DNA of 64,000 nt from Pseudomonadales bacterium (GTDB taxonomy: Bacteria; Pseudomonadota; Gammaproteobacteria; Pseudomonadales; Azotimanducaceae): the NCBI GenBank assembly GCA_038153445.1, contig JAYOYG010000002.1, positions 9,628 through 73,627 of the forward strand, in the 5' to 3' direction. The position numbers were made by a program, and so were the translations under genes. Position 1 is the stretch's first letter; the number at the start of each line of letters is the position of its first letter. The notes under the pieces were generated by a model that saw only the letters and a program-made list of their open reading frames with translations, searched no databases and was not told the origin of the DNA. Shown piece by piece: positions 36,542 through 46,250 of the stretch.

Positions 36542-39500
36542 ATGACGCGCCGCCACGTTCACGCCGCATTGGGGCTGTTGCTTCTGGCACTGCTGGGGGG
36601 GTGCGCGGCGCCGGGCCCGTCGCCTGAGGCCCTTACGGAGCTCACCTTCGCCCTCGAGGATTCGGAGCAGAGCGGGGAGGCCCGCCTCGCCGAACTGCTC
36701 CTCCGCTATCCCGATCACCTTCCCCTGCTTGATTTAGCGTTGGCCCATAGCGAAGCCCAGGGTGATCAAGAAGGACGTTTGCGCTACGCCCGCGCCGCCT
36801 TTTCCGCCGCCCTCGGGGCGGGACTCGCCCCGGACGCGCTTGAGGCGCGGGAGCGGGCGCTTCTCGACGCCCTCCGTGCGCCGCCGGCCCCCGCGCCGGC
36901 CTCGCCCCGTGAGGGTGCAAGCGCTGACGATCAGGCCTTCCTTGATGAGCTGGCGTTTCTTCAGCTGGAAGCCCAGGCCCTCTTCGATGACGGCGCCGCG
37001 GAAGACGCCTTCGGAACGTTGGAGCTGGCTCTGGCGCTTGCCGATGACGTCCTCGGCCCAAGCAGCGAAGACAGTCAGCGTTTGAGTGTATCCCTTGGCG
37101 ATCTCGCCCTTTTTCTCGGAGATCCGCGGCGCGCCGAAGGACTTTATGGCGCGGTGTTGGAGGGGGCATCGCCTGCGCTGGCGCAGACCGCGCGAAGCCG
37201 GCTTGCGGAGCTGTACGAACAGGAAGGGCGCATGGCCGCGGCTGCTGCCGTAACCCAACAGGCCCTTGGTGCCACGAAAAATCCTCTTGAGCGCGCAGGC
37301 CTTGCGGAAGACCTAGGGCGGCAGCTCGATCAGGCCGGACAGCTCTCCGCGGGCCTAAGTGCCGTGCAGGGGGCGTGCGATGCCCTGGCGGAAGCGGGTC
37401 ACCCTCTCCTGGCTCCGGTCCTTCAGTGCCGCCAAAGCCGAATCACCATGCTCGCCCGAGGCGGGCGTTCCGATGAGGCGCTCGCGGCCCTGGAGGTCCT
37501 CCAGGCTCAGCGTGCGCAGCGCTTTGGTGGGGAAGCCCCTGAGACACTTCGCGGCGAGCTGGACCGGGCTAACCTCGAGCGGGCGCTAGGGCAGAGGGAT
37601 GCCGCGGCTGCGCGCCTCGCGGCCCTGGCCTCGGCGCCGGGTTTCGGCGACGGGGCGCTGGGTGCGGAGCTTAGGGAGGCGCAGGCCCGGCTCGCCTTCG
37701 ATGCGGGGGCGGATCGGCAGGCGCTCGAGGCGGCCCAGGAAAGCCTGCGCCTTCGCGAGGCGCTTTTCGCAGATGATCATCCTCTGCTCTTGGAAACGAA
37801 GAACCTCCTAGCGGCCATCACGCTGCGCCTCGGGGATCGGCCATCGGCGGAGGGCGCCTGGCGGGAGGTGCTCGCGGGCTTTGAACGGCGCTACGGCGAG
37901 GAAAGCCTCGCGACCCTGACGGTGATGAGCAACCTGGGCATGCTTCTGGAGCAGGTAGGGCTCTTCGATGAGGCCGAGCCGCTCCTCAGAGATGCCCTCG
38001 CCGCAGCGCGCACCGTGCTGGGCCCCACCCATCCCCAAACCCTGACCATCATGAATAACCTCGCCCTGCTCCTCGAAAGCCAGGGCACCTTTGATCAGGC
38101 CGAGGCGCTCTATCTCGAGCCGCTGGAAACGCTGCGGGCGCTGGGCCAGGGGGAGCGACCGGAAGCGCTCGCCATGGAAAATAACCTGGCCTACCTCTAT
38201 TTACTGCAGGGGGCTGGAGCCGAGGCTCAGCAGCGCTTCGCCGAGCTTTTCGATCGCTTTGCCGGAACGCTCGGGCCGACCCACCCCGATACGCTCCGGG
38301 CGTTGAATAATCGGGGGCGGGCGGAAGCGCTCCTCGGCGATCTGGGGGCCGCGCGGCAGAGCTTGCTATCCGCGCTGGCGGGGCGAGAGGCACGCTATGG
38401 GCCCCTGCATCGGGATGTCATTCGCTCCCAAATCGACCTTGGCTCCCTAGAGCAGCAGGAGGGGGCCCTTGCGGCTGCGGAGGCCCGGCTTCGGGAGGCT
38501 CTCAGCCGGGCAGAGCGTGGGCTTGGAGAAGCCCATCCCTATACCTTTGATGCGCTCAATGCGCTGGCGGCGGTGCTGCGCCAGCGGGGTAAGAAGGACG
38601 CGGCCTTCCGTCTTCAGCGCACGGGCTTTGAGCGGCGCACGGCGTTCTTCCAGCGCGTGCTACCGGTGACCGGGGAAAACGCCCGGGAGGGCTATCTTCG
38701 TCTCCATCGTCCAGAGCTCGATGCGTTTCTGGCGCTCATTCCCGATCACCCCGATGAAGCGGAGGCGGGGCGAGCCCTCCTTCAGGTCAGCCTGGCGCGG
38801 AAGGGGCTGCTTCTGGCCATTGCCTCGGATATCGCCCAAATCGCCGCCCTGGGCCTCAACCCCGAACTATCGGCGCTCACCGAATCCCTCGCGGACGCCC
38901 GAGAAACGCTGGCCCAGCTCACCCTGGGCGGCCCCGGGGAGGGCGATCCCCTTGCGCATCTCGCGCAGCTTCGCGCGGAGGAGGGGCGCATCGAGGATCT
39001 GCAGCGGGCCCTCGGGCGGGCAAGCCTCCGCTACCAGCAAACTATTGAGGCGCCGACCATTGATGAGCTTGCCGCCCAGCTGCCTGCCGAGGGTGCGGCC
39101 CTCGTGGACTTCCTCGCCTATCGGGACGATGAGGGGACGCGTAGGCTCCTGGCCGCGGTGCTGCAGCGTGACCCGGAGGGGGGCATGGTGGTGCAACCGG
39201 TCACCTTCGCGCCCTTGGACAAGATTGAAGAGGGCATTCGCTATTACCGGGAGCTGATCCAGGACGAGGGCGTGGGCGATGACGAGCTCCTGGAGGAGGG
39301 CATGTTCCTCTACGAGGACGTTTGGGCGCCGGTGGCGGAGTACTTGGATCCGGACCTGCCCGTGTACCTCGTTCCCGATGGACTCTTAAACATTTTGCCC
39401 TTCGACGCGCTGGTGGATGAGGACGAGCGTTACCTTCTCGAAACCCTCGATTTGCGCATTTTGTCTTCCGCTCGCGACTTGCTGCCAAACCGCCTTCCCG

Positions 39501-40390
39501 CCGCGGCAGCGCCGCCCCTGGTGATGGCCGGGCCCGACTACGACACCGACGCCGTGGCGGACCCGGAGCAGCTGGCCCAGGCTCGAAGCCGAGCGGCGGT
39601 GCGCCCCGCGTCCGCGGCACGCGGCGCGAAGGCGGAAGAGGCCTTGCCAGCTTCTCGCGCCGCTGTGGTGCTCGAATCACTCCGGGCCGCTTCCGATGGC
39701 CTTCGGGGGCTCAGCTTCAGCCCCTTGCCCGGGGCCCGGCTTGAGGGAGAGCTGATCGTGCGGCGCCTCGGCGAAGAGTCCACGACCGCGCCGGAAATTC
39801 TGACGGCCCTGGACGCACAGGAAGCCGTGCTGGGTCAGTTGACGGCCCCTCCCACCATTCTCCACCTCGCGACCCACGGCTTTTTTCTGGCACCGGAGGA
39901 AAAGCTTCGCAAGCGCCTGATGAAGGCTCAGCGCTCTGCGGAGATGATCATTCCTCCCCCCGGGGATAACCCCTTGCTGCGCGCGGGCCTCGCCTTCGCG
40001 GGTATTAACGAGAATGCCCCCTTCTTCGGTCAGCTCGATACGCGAAATGACGGCGTGCTTACGGCCATGGAGGTGCTCGACCTGGATCTCACGGGGACCC
40101 AGCTGGCCGTGCTTTCGGCCTGCGAAACGGGACTCGGGGAGATTCATGAAGGGGAGGGCGTTTACGGTCTTCGCCGGGCCTTTCAGGAGGCCGGGGTGCG
40201 GGAGGTGGTCACGTCCCTCTGGGAAGTGAGCGATGCGGGCACGCAGGCGCTCATGACCGCGATGTATGCCCGCCTCGCCGAGGGCATGGCGCCCCGGGAA
40301 GCGTTGCGGGAAGCGCAGCGGGAACTGGCGGCTTCCCCGCGCTGGGGCTACCCCTACGTGTGGGCAGCCTTCATGATGGTCAGTCGATAA
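36542..40390 (+). CDS. Lipoprotein-type TPR-repeat protein with C-terminal CHAT (caspase-like) peptidase domain
   Basis: Listed ORF is 36467..40390, trimmed to the ATG at 36542. Signal peptide/lipobox MTRRHVHAALGLLLLALLGGCAAP. Multiple kinesin-light-chain-type TPRs follow (recurring ..LGPTHPDTL.., ..NNLA.LL..G...EAE.L). CHAT domain has FSPLPGARLE, the catalytic His in ILHLATHGFF (codon 39875-39877) and the catalytic Cys in AVLSACETG (codon 40121-40123). Confidence 0.85.
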   Translation: MTRRHVHAALGLLLLALLGGCAAPGPSPEALTELTFALEDSEQSGEARLAELLLRYPDHLPLLDLALAHSEAQGDQEGRLRYARAAFSAALGAGLAPDALEARERALLDALRAPPAPAPASPREGASADDQAFLDELAFLQLEAQALFDDGAAEDAFGTLELALALADDVLGPSSEDSQRLSVSLGDLALFLGDPRRAEGLYGAVLEGASPALAQTARSRLAELYEQEGRMAAAAAVTQQALGATKNPLERAGLAEDLGRQLDQAGQLSAGLSAVQGACDALAEAGHPLLAPVLQCRQSRITMLARGGRSDEALAALEVLQAQRAQRFGGEAPETLRGELDRANLERALGQRDAAAARLAALASAPGFGDGALGAELREAQARLAFDAGADRQALEAAQESLRLREALFADDHPLLLETKNLLAAITLRLGDRPSAEGAWREVLAGFERRYGEESLATLTVMSNLGMLLEQVGLFDEAEPLLRDALAAARTVLGPTHPQTLTIMNNLALLLESQGTFDQAEALYLEPLETLRALGQGERPEALAMENNLAYLYLLQGAGAEAQQRFAELFDRFAGTLGPTHPDTLRALNNRGRAEALLGDLGAARQSLLSALAGREARYGPLHRDVIRSQIDLGSLEQQEGALAAAEARLREALSRAERGLGEAHPYTFDALNALAAVLRQRGKKDAAFRLQRTGFERRTAFFQRVLPVTGENAREGYLRLHRPELDAFLALIPDHPDEAEAGRALLQVSLARKGLLLAIASDIAQIAALGLNPELSALTESLADARETLAQLTLGGPGEGDPLAHLAQLRAEEGRIEDLQRALGRASLRYQQTIEAPTIDELAAQLPAEGAALVDFLAYRDDEGTRRLLAAVLQRDPEGGMVVQPVTFAPLDKIEEGIRYYRELIQDEGVGDDELLEEGMFLYEDVWAPVAEYLDPDLPVYLVPDGLLNILPFDALVDEDERYLLETLDLRILSSARDLLPNRLPAAAAPPLVMAGPDYDTDAVADPEQLAQARSRAAVRPASAARGAKAEEALPASRAAVVLESLRAASDGLRGLSFSPLPGARLEGELIVRRLGEESTTAPEILTALDAQEAVLGQLTAPPTILHLATHGFFLAPEEKLRKRLMKAQRSAEMIIPPPGDNPLLRAGLAFAGINENAPFFGQLDTRNDGVLTAMEVLDLDLTGTQLAVLSACETGLGEIHEGEGVYGLRRAFQEAGVREVVTSLWEVSDAGTQALMTAMYARLAEGMAPREALREAQRELAASPRWGYPYVWAAFMMVSR

Positions 40391-40435
40391 CGCGCTAAAC
40401 TCGAGCCAAGCTAACGGCTTTAAGGAGTGGAACGG

Positions 40436-41386
40436 ATGAAACAGATTCAGCGCATGGCCTTCGCCCTCGTGCTCGGCCTCCTGGCGCCGCTCGCGGCGCT
40501 GGCTGCAGGCCCGGTGGCAAAGCTGAGCCAGCTAGAGGGTACGGTGGAATTCAGCCGGGATGGGGCGGCTTGGGAGGTGCTCTCCCGGAACAAATACCTC
40601 TTCCCCGGGCACGAGGTGCGCACCGGCGCCGACGGCTCGGCGAAGCTGTCGAGCCAGGCCTCGGGGGAAATCCGCGATCTCGGCGCCTCCACCCATTTGC
40701 GAGTCCTCGATGCGGGCATTGAGGTGCTTGCCGGCTCCGGGCTCGGGGCTTCGGGAGACGCGGCGGGGGGTTTCTGGCAAGGGGTTGAGAATAAGTTTGC
40801 GACTTCCCAGCGCTACACCACGGTGCGTCGCTCCGTGAAGAAAGCCGAGGATCTCCCGAAGATCGATACGGCACGAAACCTCGTGCTGACCGCCGAGCAC
40901 CCGGAAGTGGTGTGGTCCAACGCCGGGCCGGAGTTTAGCTACGTGCTTCGCGTCGGCAGCGAACGCTACACCGTTGCACCGGCTTCCACCGCGGAAATGA
41001 TTCGCTTTGCCGTGCCGGCGCAGCCCGCGGGAGAGTATGAGTACGAGATGCTGATCTATTTAGACGGGGAAGAGGTCTACGCCCCGCGCCGGCCGGGTAC
41101 GTTGACCTGGCTCGGGGGCCCCGAGGCGGAGGCACTTCACGCGGCGGTGCAGGCTCGGAAAGCCGATCCCGACCAGAACGACGTCTTTGCCCTCGCCGAA
41201 GTTTACGAGCAGGCGGGGCTGCTGGTGCCGGTCATGGACCTCTATCGGGACTTCTTCCAGGCCTATCCCGCGGAAAACGAGATGCGTCCGCTGCTGATTA
41301 AGGCCTATCACGACCTGAAGCTCATGGATCTGAAGGAAAAGGAAGCCATCACCTTCAATACCATCGAGATGGAACGCCAGCTCTAG
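40436..41386 (+). CDS. Secreted FecR-domain protein
   Basis: Start placed at the ATG at 40436, 8 nt after AAGGAG; the listed ORF begins at a GTG at 40427. Signal peptide MKQIQRMAFALVLGLLAPLAALAA. FecR-like beta-rich segment LEGTVEFSRDGAAWEVLSRNKYLFPGHEVRTGADGSAKL. The C-terminal half is helical. Confidence 0.7.
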   Translation: MKQIQRMAFALVLGLLAPLAALAAGPVAKLSQLEGTVEFSRDGAAWEVLSRNKYLFPGHEVRTGADGSAKLSSQASGEIRDLGASTHLRVLDAGIEVLAGSGLGASGDAAGGFWQGVENKFATSQRYTTVRRSVKKAEDLPKIDTARNLVLTAEHPEVVWSNAGPEFSYVLRVGSERYTVAPASTAEMIRFAVPAQPAGEYEYEMLIYLDGEEVYAPRRPGTLTWLGGPEAEALHAAVQARKADPDQNDVFALAEVYEQAGLLVPVMDLYRDFFQAYPAENEMRPLLIKAYHDLKLMDLKEKEAITFNTIEMERQL

Positions 41387-41419
41387 CCGCTGGCGTTGTA
41401 AGCGACCGGGGAGGGCCGC

Positions 41420-43486
41420 ATGGCGAATTTCAAAGGCCGCTGGGATTTTCTCCTGGCGGCGATCCTCTTTTTCCTTGCCCTGGTGGCCCAGCGCGCGGAT
41501 CTCTTCGCGGCTCTAGAACTACAAACCCAATCCTTCCGGCAGATTCTCCGCATGGCCGATGCGGAGCGCGTGTTCCCGGAAGATAAGATCGTCTTCGTTA
41601 ATCAGGATGAAGCTTTCTTCGAAGATTACGGTAGCTGGCCCCTCCGCCGCCTTGACCTAGCTCGGGTGGCGGAAAACGTGGAGGCCCTCGGGGGCCGGGT
41701 CATGGCTGTCGATAATCTGTTCGATTTTCCCTCCTCCTACGGGGAGGACGGTCCCACGGCGGAGAAGTTTGAGGGGGTGCCGGGCCTGCTCCTCGTATCC
41801 CAGGGGGTGGTTGAAGACGGGCGACTCATCTACATCAAACAGCCCGTGGAGCCCATTAACGGCGTTGCCCGCACCGGCTATACAAACGTGGAGTCCCGCA
41901 GTGGCTTGAGTGAGGTCATTAGTGATCTGCGCCTCTTCCCCGAGGCCATCCCCATGGAGAATGGCTGGCCCTTCGCTGTGCAGGCCGTGGGGCTCTACCT
42001 CGGAGAAACGCCCAGCTACGATCGGGAGGCGCGGGTGCTGAGCTTCGGTGATCAGCTCTCCGTGCAGCTGGATCAAAACCATCGTCTCGCTATCGATTTC
42101 CCCTCCTTTCCCGCGGGGGCACAGGGCTACGTCGCGGACTTCGGCATTCCCGTGCTGGAAATGCTGCGCCTCGAGGAGCTTGAAGAGGACGAGGCCTGGG
42201 AGCTGCGCTTCTGGGTGGAAGACAAGATCGTGATCCTCGGCGATACCTCGGAAGTCTCCCACGACTACTTTGAAACGCCCGTGGGGCGGCTTTATGGGGT
42301 CGAGCTGATTGGCGCGACCATCGCCACGCTCCTCGCCGGCGGGCCCCTCCTGCCCGCGAGCTTCGCTATGGAGGCGGCGGTGGCCCTAGGGTTGCTTTTG
42401 GCCCTGGTGGGTACGGGGCTTCTGCAGAATCCAGCCGGGCGCCTGGCAGCGTCCCTCGCTGCCCTTGGCCTTTGGGCAGCGCTCGCCACCGTGCTCTATG
42501 TGGATCGGGGCATCATGCTGTCCATGGCCTATGCAGGGGTCGCGGCAATATTGAGCATTGTGCTCATGAACATCCGCTTCTACCTCGTGGAGCGGGGGCA
42601 GAAGACCCTCATCCGTGATGCCTTTGGCCAGTATCTGTCGCCGAAGGTGGTGAACATTCTCGTGAAGGATCCCTCGCGCCTCTCCCTGGGCGGGGAGCAG
42701 CGGGAGATGACCGCCTTCTTTTCCGACGTGGCGGGCTTCTCGAGCATCTCCGAGCAGCTCACGCCAGCGGGGCTCGTGGCCTTGCTCAACGAATACCTCA
42801 CGGCCATGTGCGACATCATCGCCGAGCATGAGGGTACGGTGGATAAGTTCGAAGGGGACGCCATTATCGCCTTCTGGGGCGCGCCGCTCGATCAGCCCGA
42901 TCACGCCCTGAAGGCCTGCCTCGCGGCCATCGACATGCAGCGCTACATGGTGGATTACCGGAAGCGCCTGGAGGCGGAGGGGCGGCCCCTCCTGAAGGTG
43001 CGCATGGGGCTCAACTCCGGGCAGATCCTCGTGGGCAACATGGGATCGGCGCAGCGTATGGACTACACCATCATGGGGGACGCGGTGAACCTGGCGGCGC
43101 GCCTCGAAGGGGTCAACAAGTTCTACGGCAGCGCGACCCTCATTTCCCAGCATACGCAGCGCCTTGTGGGCGATGCCCTGGAAGTGCGCGAGGTCGATGT
43201 GGTCCGGGTGGTGGGGAAAAATGAACCGGTTACCCTCTTTGAGCCCTTGGCCCGAGCGGGGGAACTGCGCCCCGAGGAAGCCGCCCTCCGGGAGGCCTTC
43301 ACCGAGGCCCGCAGCCACTACCAGCGCCGGGATTTTCCCGCGGCCGTCGCCGCCTTCGAGGCCGTGCTGGTGAAGTTTCCTGGGGACGGACCCTCGGAGA
43401 CCCTGCTCGCACGGAGTAAACTCTACGCCGAAGCGCCACCGCCGGCGGACTGGGATGGGGTATTCCAGCTCACGGAGAAGGGCTAG
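41420..43486 (+). CDS. CHASE2 sensor domain-containing class III adenylate cyclase
   Basis: 688 aa. Layout is N-terminal TM, a ~300-aa extracytoplasmic region with CHASE2-like features, three TM segments, then the cyclase domain. Both metal Asp residues are present (FFSDVAGF, FEGDAIIA), as are the substrate Lys/Asp (VDKFEGD, RMDYTIMGD) and the transition-state Asn/Arg (VNLAARLE). The Lys/Asp pair favours ATP as substrate. Confidence 0.85.
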   Translation: MANFKGRWDFLLAAILFFLALVAQRADLFAALELQTQSFRQILRMADAERVFPEDKIVFVNQDEAFFEDYGSWPLRRLDLARVAENVEALGGRVMAVDNLFDFPSSYGEDGPTAEKFEGVPGLLLVSQGVVEDGRLIYIKQPVEPINGVARTGYTNVESRSGLSEVISDLRLFPEAIPMENGWPFAVQAVGLYLGETPSYDREARVLSFGDQLSVQLDQNHRLAIDFPSFPAGAQGYVADFGIPVLEMLRLEELEEDEAWELRFWVEDKIVILGDTSEVSHDYFETPVGRLYGVELIGATIATLLAGGPLLPASFAMEAAVALGLLLALVGTGLLQNPAGRLAASLAALGLWAALATVLYVDRGIMLSMAYAGVAAILSIVLMNIRFYLVERGQKTLIRDAFGQYLSPKVVNILVKDPSRLSLGGEQREMTAFFSDVAGFSSISEQLTPAGLVALLNEYLTAMCDIIAEHEGTVDKFEGDAIIAFWGAPLDQPDHALKACLAAIDMQRYMVDYRKRLEAEGRPLLKVRMGLNSGQILVGNMGSAQRMDYTIMGDAVNLAARLEGVNKFYGSATLISQHTQRLVGDALEVREVDVVRVVGKNEPVTLFEPLARAGELRPEEAALREAFTEARSHYQRRDFPAAVAAFEAVLVKFPGDGPSETLLARSKLYAEAPPPADWDGVFQLTEKG

Positions 43487-43513
43487 GCGCGCACGCAGCG
43501 TTGGAGTAGTGCC

Positions 43514-43852
43514 ATGGATGAAGCATTGCGGGGCGCGCCCGGTTCGCGCCAAGCGGCCCTTGAGGCTGCGCTTACGGAGGCCCTGGCCCCCACCGTGCTC
43601 GAGGTTTTAAACGAGAGCCATAGTCATAACGTGCCGCCGGGCTCCGAATCCCATTTCCGGGTGACGGTCGTCAGCGACGCCTTTACGGGGGAGCGGCTCG
43701 TGGGACGGCATCGGGCTGTGAACCGGGTCGCGGCGCCCTTCTTCGCCGAAGGACTCCATGCCCTTGCGCTGCATACCTTCACCCCGGAGGAGTGGGCCCA
43801 GCGGAGTGGGGTAAGCGATTCCCCGGCGTGCCGGGGTGGCAGTGGGCGGTGA
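43514..43852 (+). CDS. bolA: BolA family transcriptional regulator / Fe-S trafficking partner
   Basis: 112 aa. ESHSHNVPPGSESHFRVTVVSDAFTGERLVGRHR and LHALALHTFTPEEW..SPACRGG closely parallel E. coli BolA. Confidence 0.85.
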   Translation: MDEALRGAPGSRQAALEAALTEALAPTVLEVLNESHSHNVPPGSESHFRVTVVSDAFTGERLVGRHRAVNRVAAPFFAEGLHALALHTFTPEEWAQRSGVSDSPACRGGSGR

Positions 43853-44780
43853 GGCAACGCCGGCCCTTTGGACCGGCTTTGCCCTCGCGCCCCTCGCCGA
43901 TCCGCCGGCCCTAGAAGCGGCCTGCCGTGGGGCCGCGGCGCCGACCCTTCGGGGCACGCTGCACCTGGCGCCGGAGGGCTTGAACTTTACCCTCTGGGGG
44001 CCCGAAGGGGCGCTTCAGGCCCTTTTTGAGCCCATTGATGCGGCCCTGGGGGCTGACACCTACCGGCTTCGGCGCCTGCCTGCACCTCCCGAGGCACCCT
44101 TTCGGCGTCTGAAGATTAAGGCGCGTCGCCATCTGATCCCCCTGGAGGGCTATCCCCTGGAGGATCCGGGCACGCCCCAGCGCGTGGCGCCGGAGGCCTG
44201 GCACGCGGTGCTCGATGATCCGGCGATTCCGGTCATCGATCTGCGCAATGATTACGAGGTGGCCGTGGGCACCTTTCCCGAGGCGTTGAACCCAAAAACG
44301 GAGGCCTTCACGGACTTCCCGGCCTGGGTGGCGGAGCATCTCGATCCCGCCCGGGATCGCACCGTGGCCATGTTTTGCACCGGCGGCATTCGCTGCGAGA
44401 AGGCCGCCGCTTGGATGCGCGGCCAAGGCTTTGAAGCGGTGCTCGAACTCGATGGGGGCGTGCTGGCTTACCTCGATGCCATTCCCGAGGCGGAACAGCG
44501 CTGGGAAGGGGAATGCTTCGTCTTCGATGAGCGGGTTGCCCTTACCGGGGCGCTGACGCCGGGGCAGACGACCCTTTGCCACGGCTGCCGGCGACCCCTG
44601 ACGCCGACGGATCGACAAAGCAACGGTTTTGAAGCGGGCGTGAGCTGCCCCTATTGCATTGAATCCCTGACCCCCGCGCAGCGGGCTGCCCGGCGGGAGC
44701 GTTTTCGTCAGGTGTCCCTGGCCGAGGCCCGGGGCCAAACCCACCTTGCACCGCAACCCAAGAAGGATGAAAGCCCATGA
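43836..44780 (+). CDS. trhO: Rhodanese-related tRNA uridine(34) hydroxylase (UPF0176/YceA family)
   Basis: 314 aa. GTG start overlaps the bolA end. Rhodanese active site MFCTGGIRCEKA. C-terminal Cys cluster CHGCRRPL..VSCPYC. Confidence 0.8.
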   Translation: MAVGGEATPALWTGFALAPLADPPALEAACRGAAAPTLRGTLHLAPEGLNFTLWGPEGALQALFEPIDAALGADTYRLRRLPAPPEAPFRRLKIKARRHLIPLEGYPLEDPGTPQRVAPEAWHAVLDDPAIPVIDLRNDYEVAVGTFPEALNPKTEAFTDFPAWVAEHLDPARDRTVAMFCTGGIRCEKAAAWMRGQGFEAVLELDGGVLAYLDAIPEAEQRWEGECFVFDERVALTGALTPGQTTLCHGCRRPLTPTDRQSNGFEAGVSCPYCIESLTPAQRAARRERFRQVSLAEARGQTHLAPQPKKDESP

Positions 44781-45541
44781 TCGATGCGAAGCCCCTGGCG
44801 GGAGAGCGGATCCTGATTACCGGCGCGTCGAGCGGCCTTGGGGCGCACTTTGCGCGCCTTGCCGTGGACGCCGGGGCCGAGGTGGTGCTGGCCGCCCGGC
44901 GCGTGGATGCGCTGAAGGCCCTCGTGTCGGAGCTCAGGGACGCAGGAGGGACAGCGGAGGCGCTGGCCCTGGACGTGACCGACAGTGCGTCCGTGGAGCA
45001 AGTGTTTGCAGCCTTAGGGGGGCGCTTGCCCACGGTGCTCGTGAACAACGCGGGCATGGAGCCTGGGGTGTTTTCCTTCCTCGATCTCGACGAGGCGGGT
45101 TGGGATGCCACCATCAATACGAACTTGAAGGGCACCTGGCTCATGGCCCGGGCCGCGGCCCGGGCCTGGCGGGAAGCGGGGCAGGGGGGGAACATCGTCA
45201 ACGTTGCGAGCATTCTCGCCTTCCGCCAGCAGAAGGGGGTCACGCCCTACGCCGTCAGCAAAGCCGGGGTGGTGCAGCTGACGAAGCAAATTGCCCTGGA
45301 AGGGGCGCGCTTTTCCCTGCGCTGCAACGCTCTGGCACCAGGCTACTTCCGCAGCGCCGTGAGCGCACGGCTCCTCGACAGTCCGGAGGCGGAGGCCTTC
45401 CTACGGCCCATTCCCCAGCGTCGGGCGGGGGTGCTGGAGGATTACGACGGGGCTTTCCTGCTCCTGGCCGGGCGCGCCAGCGCGCACATGACCGGGCAGG
45501 TGATTACGGTGGATGGCGGACACCTGGTCAGCAGCCTCTAG
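44777..45541 (+). CDS. SDR family oxidoreductase
   Basis: 254 aa. ATGA overlap with trhO. ITGASSGLG cofactor motif, NNAG, and catalytic YAVSKAG. Confidence 0.9.
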   Translation: MIDAKPLAGERILITGASSGLGAHFARLAVDAGAEVVLAARRVDALKALVSELRDAGGTAEALALDVTDSASVEQVFAALGGRLPTVLVNNAGMEPGVFSFLDLDEAGWDATINTNLKGTWLMARAAARAWREAGQGGNIVNVASILAFRQQKGVTPYAVSKAGVVQLTKQIALEGARFSLRCNALAPGYFRSAVSARLLDSPEAEAFLRPIPQRRAGVLEDYDGAFLLLAGRASAHMTGQVITVDGGHLVSSL

Positions 45542-45563
45542 GGCGCGCCGCCGGAGCTCGGCT

Positions 45564-46232
45564 TTAGGCTTTGCTGCTTCCCGGAGCGGTCATGCCGCCC
45601 ACAAGGTAGTCCAGTAGGCGCTCATAGCTGGCCTGGGCGCTCCCCGTTCGCAAATCGCCGAGGGAGGTGTTCTTCCAGGTGCCGCCGGCGGCTAGACCGT
45701 GCAGGGTTAAGGTCCAGGAGTAGATATAGCGGGTGCGCCGCTCCTGGTCGCCGAGCTCCGGGAGGGCTTTGGCCAGGAGGGCATCTAGGCGAGCTGGAAT
45801 GCCGTGGGCATCTTGGTTTAGAAGCGTTTGCGTTTCGGGATCGATATCCGTGTGGAGCCGGGCCAGGAAGAGCACGCCGTGGCGCCCAAGCTGGGGGTCC
45901 TCGTAAAGGCGGATATAGGGCCAGTAGTTGGCGCCGAGAATCTCCCGCACCGTTAGGGGTTCCCCCGCCGCGGCCCGGGCTTCGAGGCTCGTCACCATGG
46001 GAAGGCGGTGCACATCGAGCTGACTTTTCAGGAACTCGATGATGGCTTTCACCATGCCCATTTTTGAGCCGAAGTGGTAATGCACGGCGGAGGCGTTTCG
46101 TGCGCCGGCGTGGGCGTTAATGGTGCGCATGGAGACGGCGTCGAGGCCTTGAGTGGAGAAGAGCTCAAGACCCGAGAGAATCAGGCTGGCTTTGGTATCG
46201 CCACGAACGGCATCGAGGACGGATTCAGACAC
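45564..46232 (-). CDS. TetR/AcrR family transcriptional regulator
   Basis: 222 aa, GTG start. HTH region GLDAVSMRTINAHAGARNASAVHYHFGSK. Confidence 0.85.
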   Translation of the reverse strand: MSESVLDAVRGDTKASLILSGLELFSTQGLDAVSMRTINAHAGARNASAVHYHFGSKMGMVKAIIEFLKSQLDVHRLPMVTSLEARAAAGEPLTVREILGANYWPYIRLYEDPQLGRHGVLFLARLHTDIDPETQTLLNQDAHGIPARLDALLAKALPELGDQERRTRYIYSWTLTLHGLAAGGTWKNTSLGDLRTGSAQASYERLLDYLVGGMTAPGSSKA

Positions 46233-46250
46233 GGACAGGGATCCCTTTTT

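Noticed and set aside
36542-40390. TPR-CHAT protein as a CRISPR type III-E (Craspase/Csx29-like) component or other phage-defence effector.
   Set aside because: The window has no cas genes, no gRAMP-like gene and no CRISPR array. The protein carries an export signal/lipobox, whereas Csx29 is cytoplasmic. The flanking genes are housekeeping (rdgC, bolA).
41420-43486. Cyclase as a Pycsar/CBASS-type antiviral nucleotide cyclase.
   Set aside because: It is a class III cyclase with Lys/Asp ATP-specifying residues, fused to a transmembrane CHASE2 sensor. No adjacent effector gene (TIR, patatin, TM-pore or nuclease) is present. The architecture fits environmental sensing rather than abortive infection.
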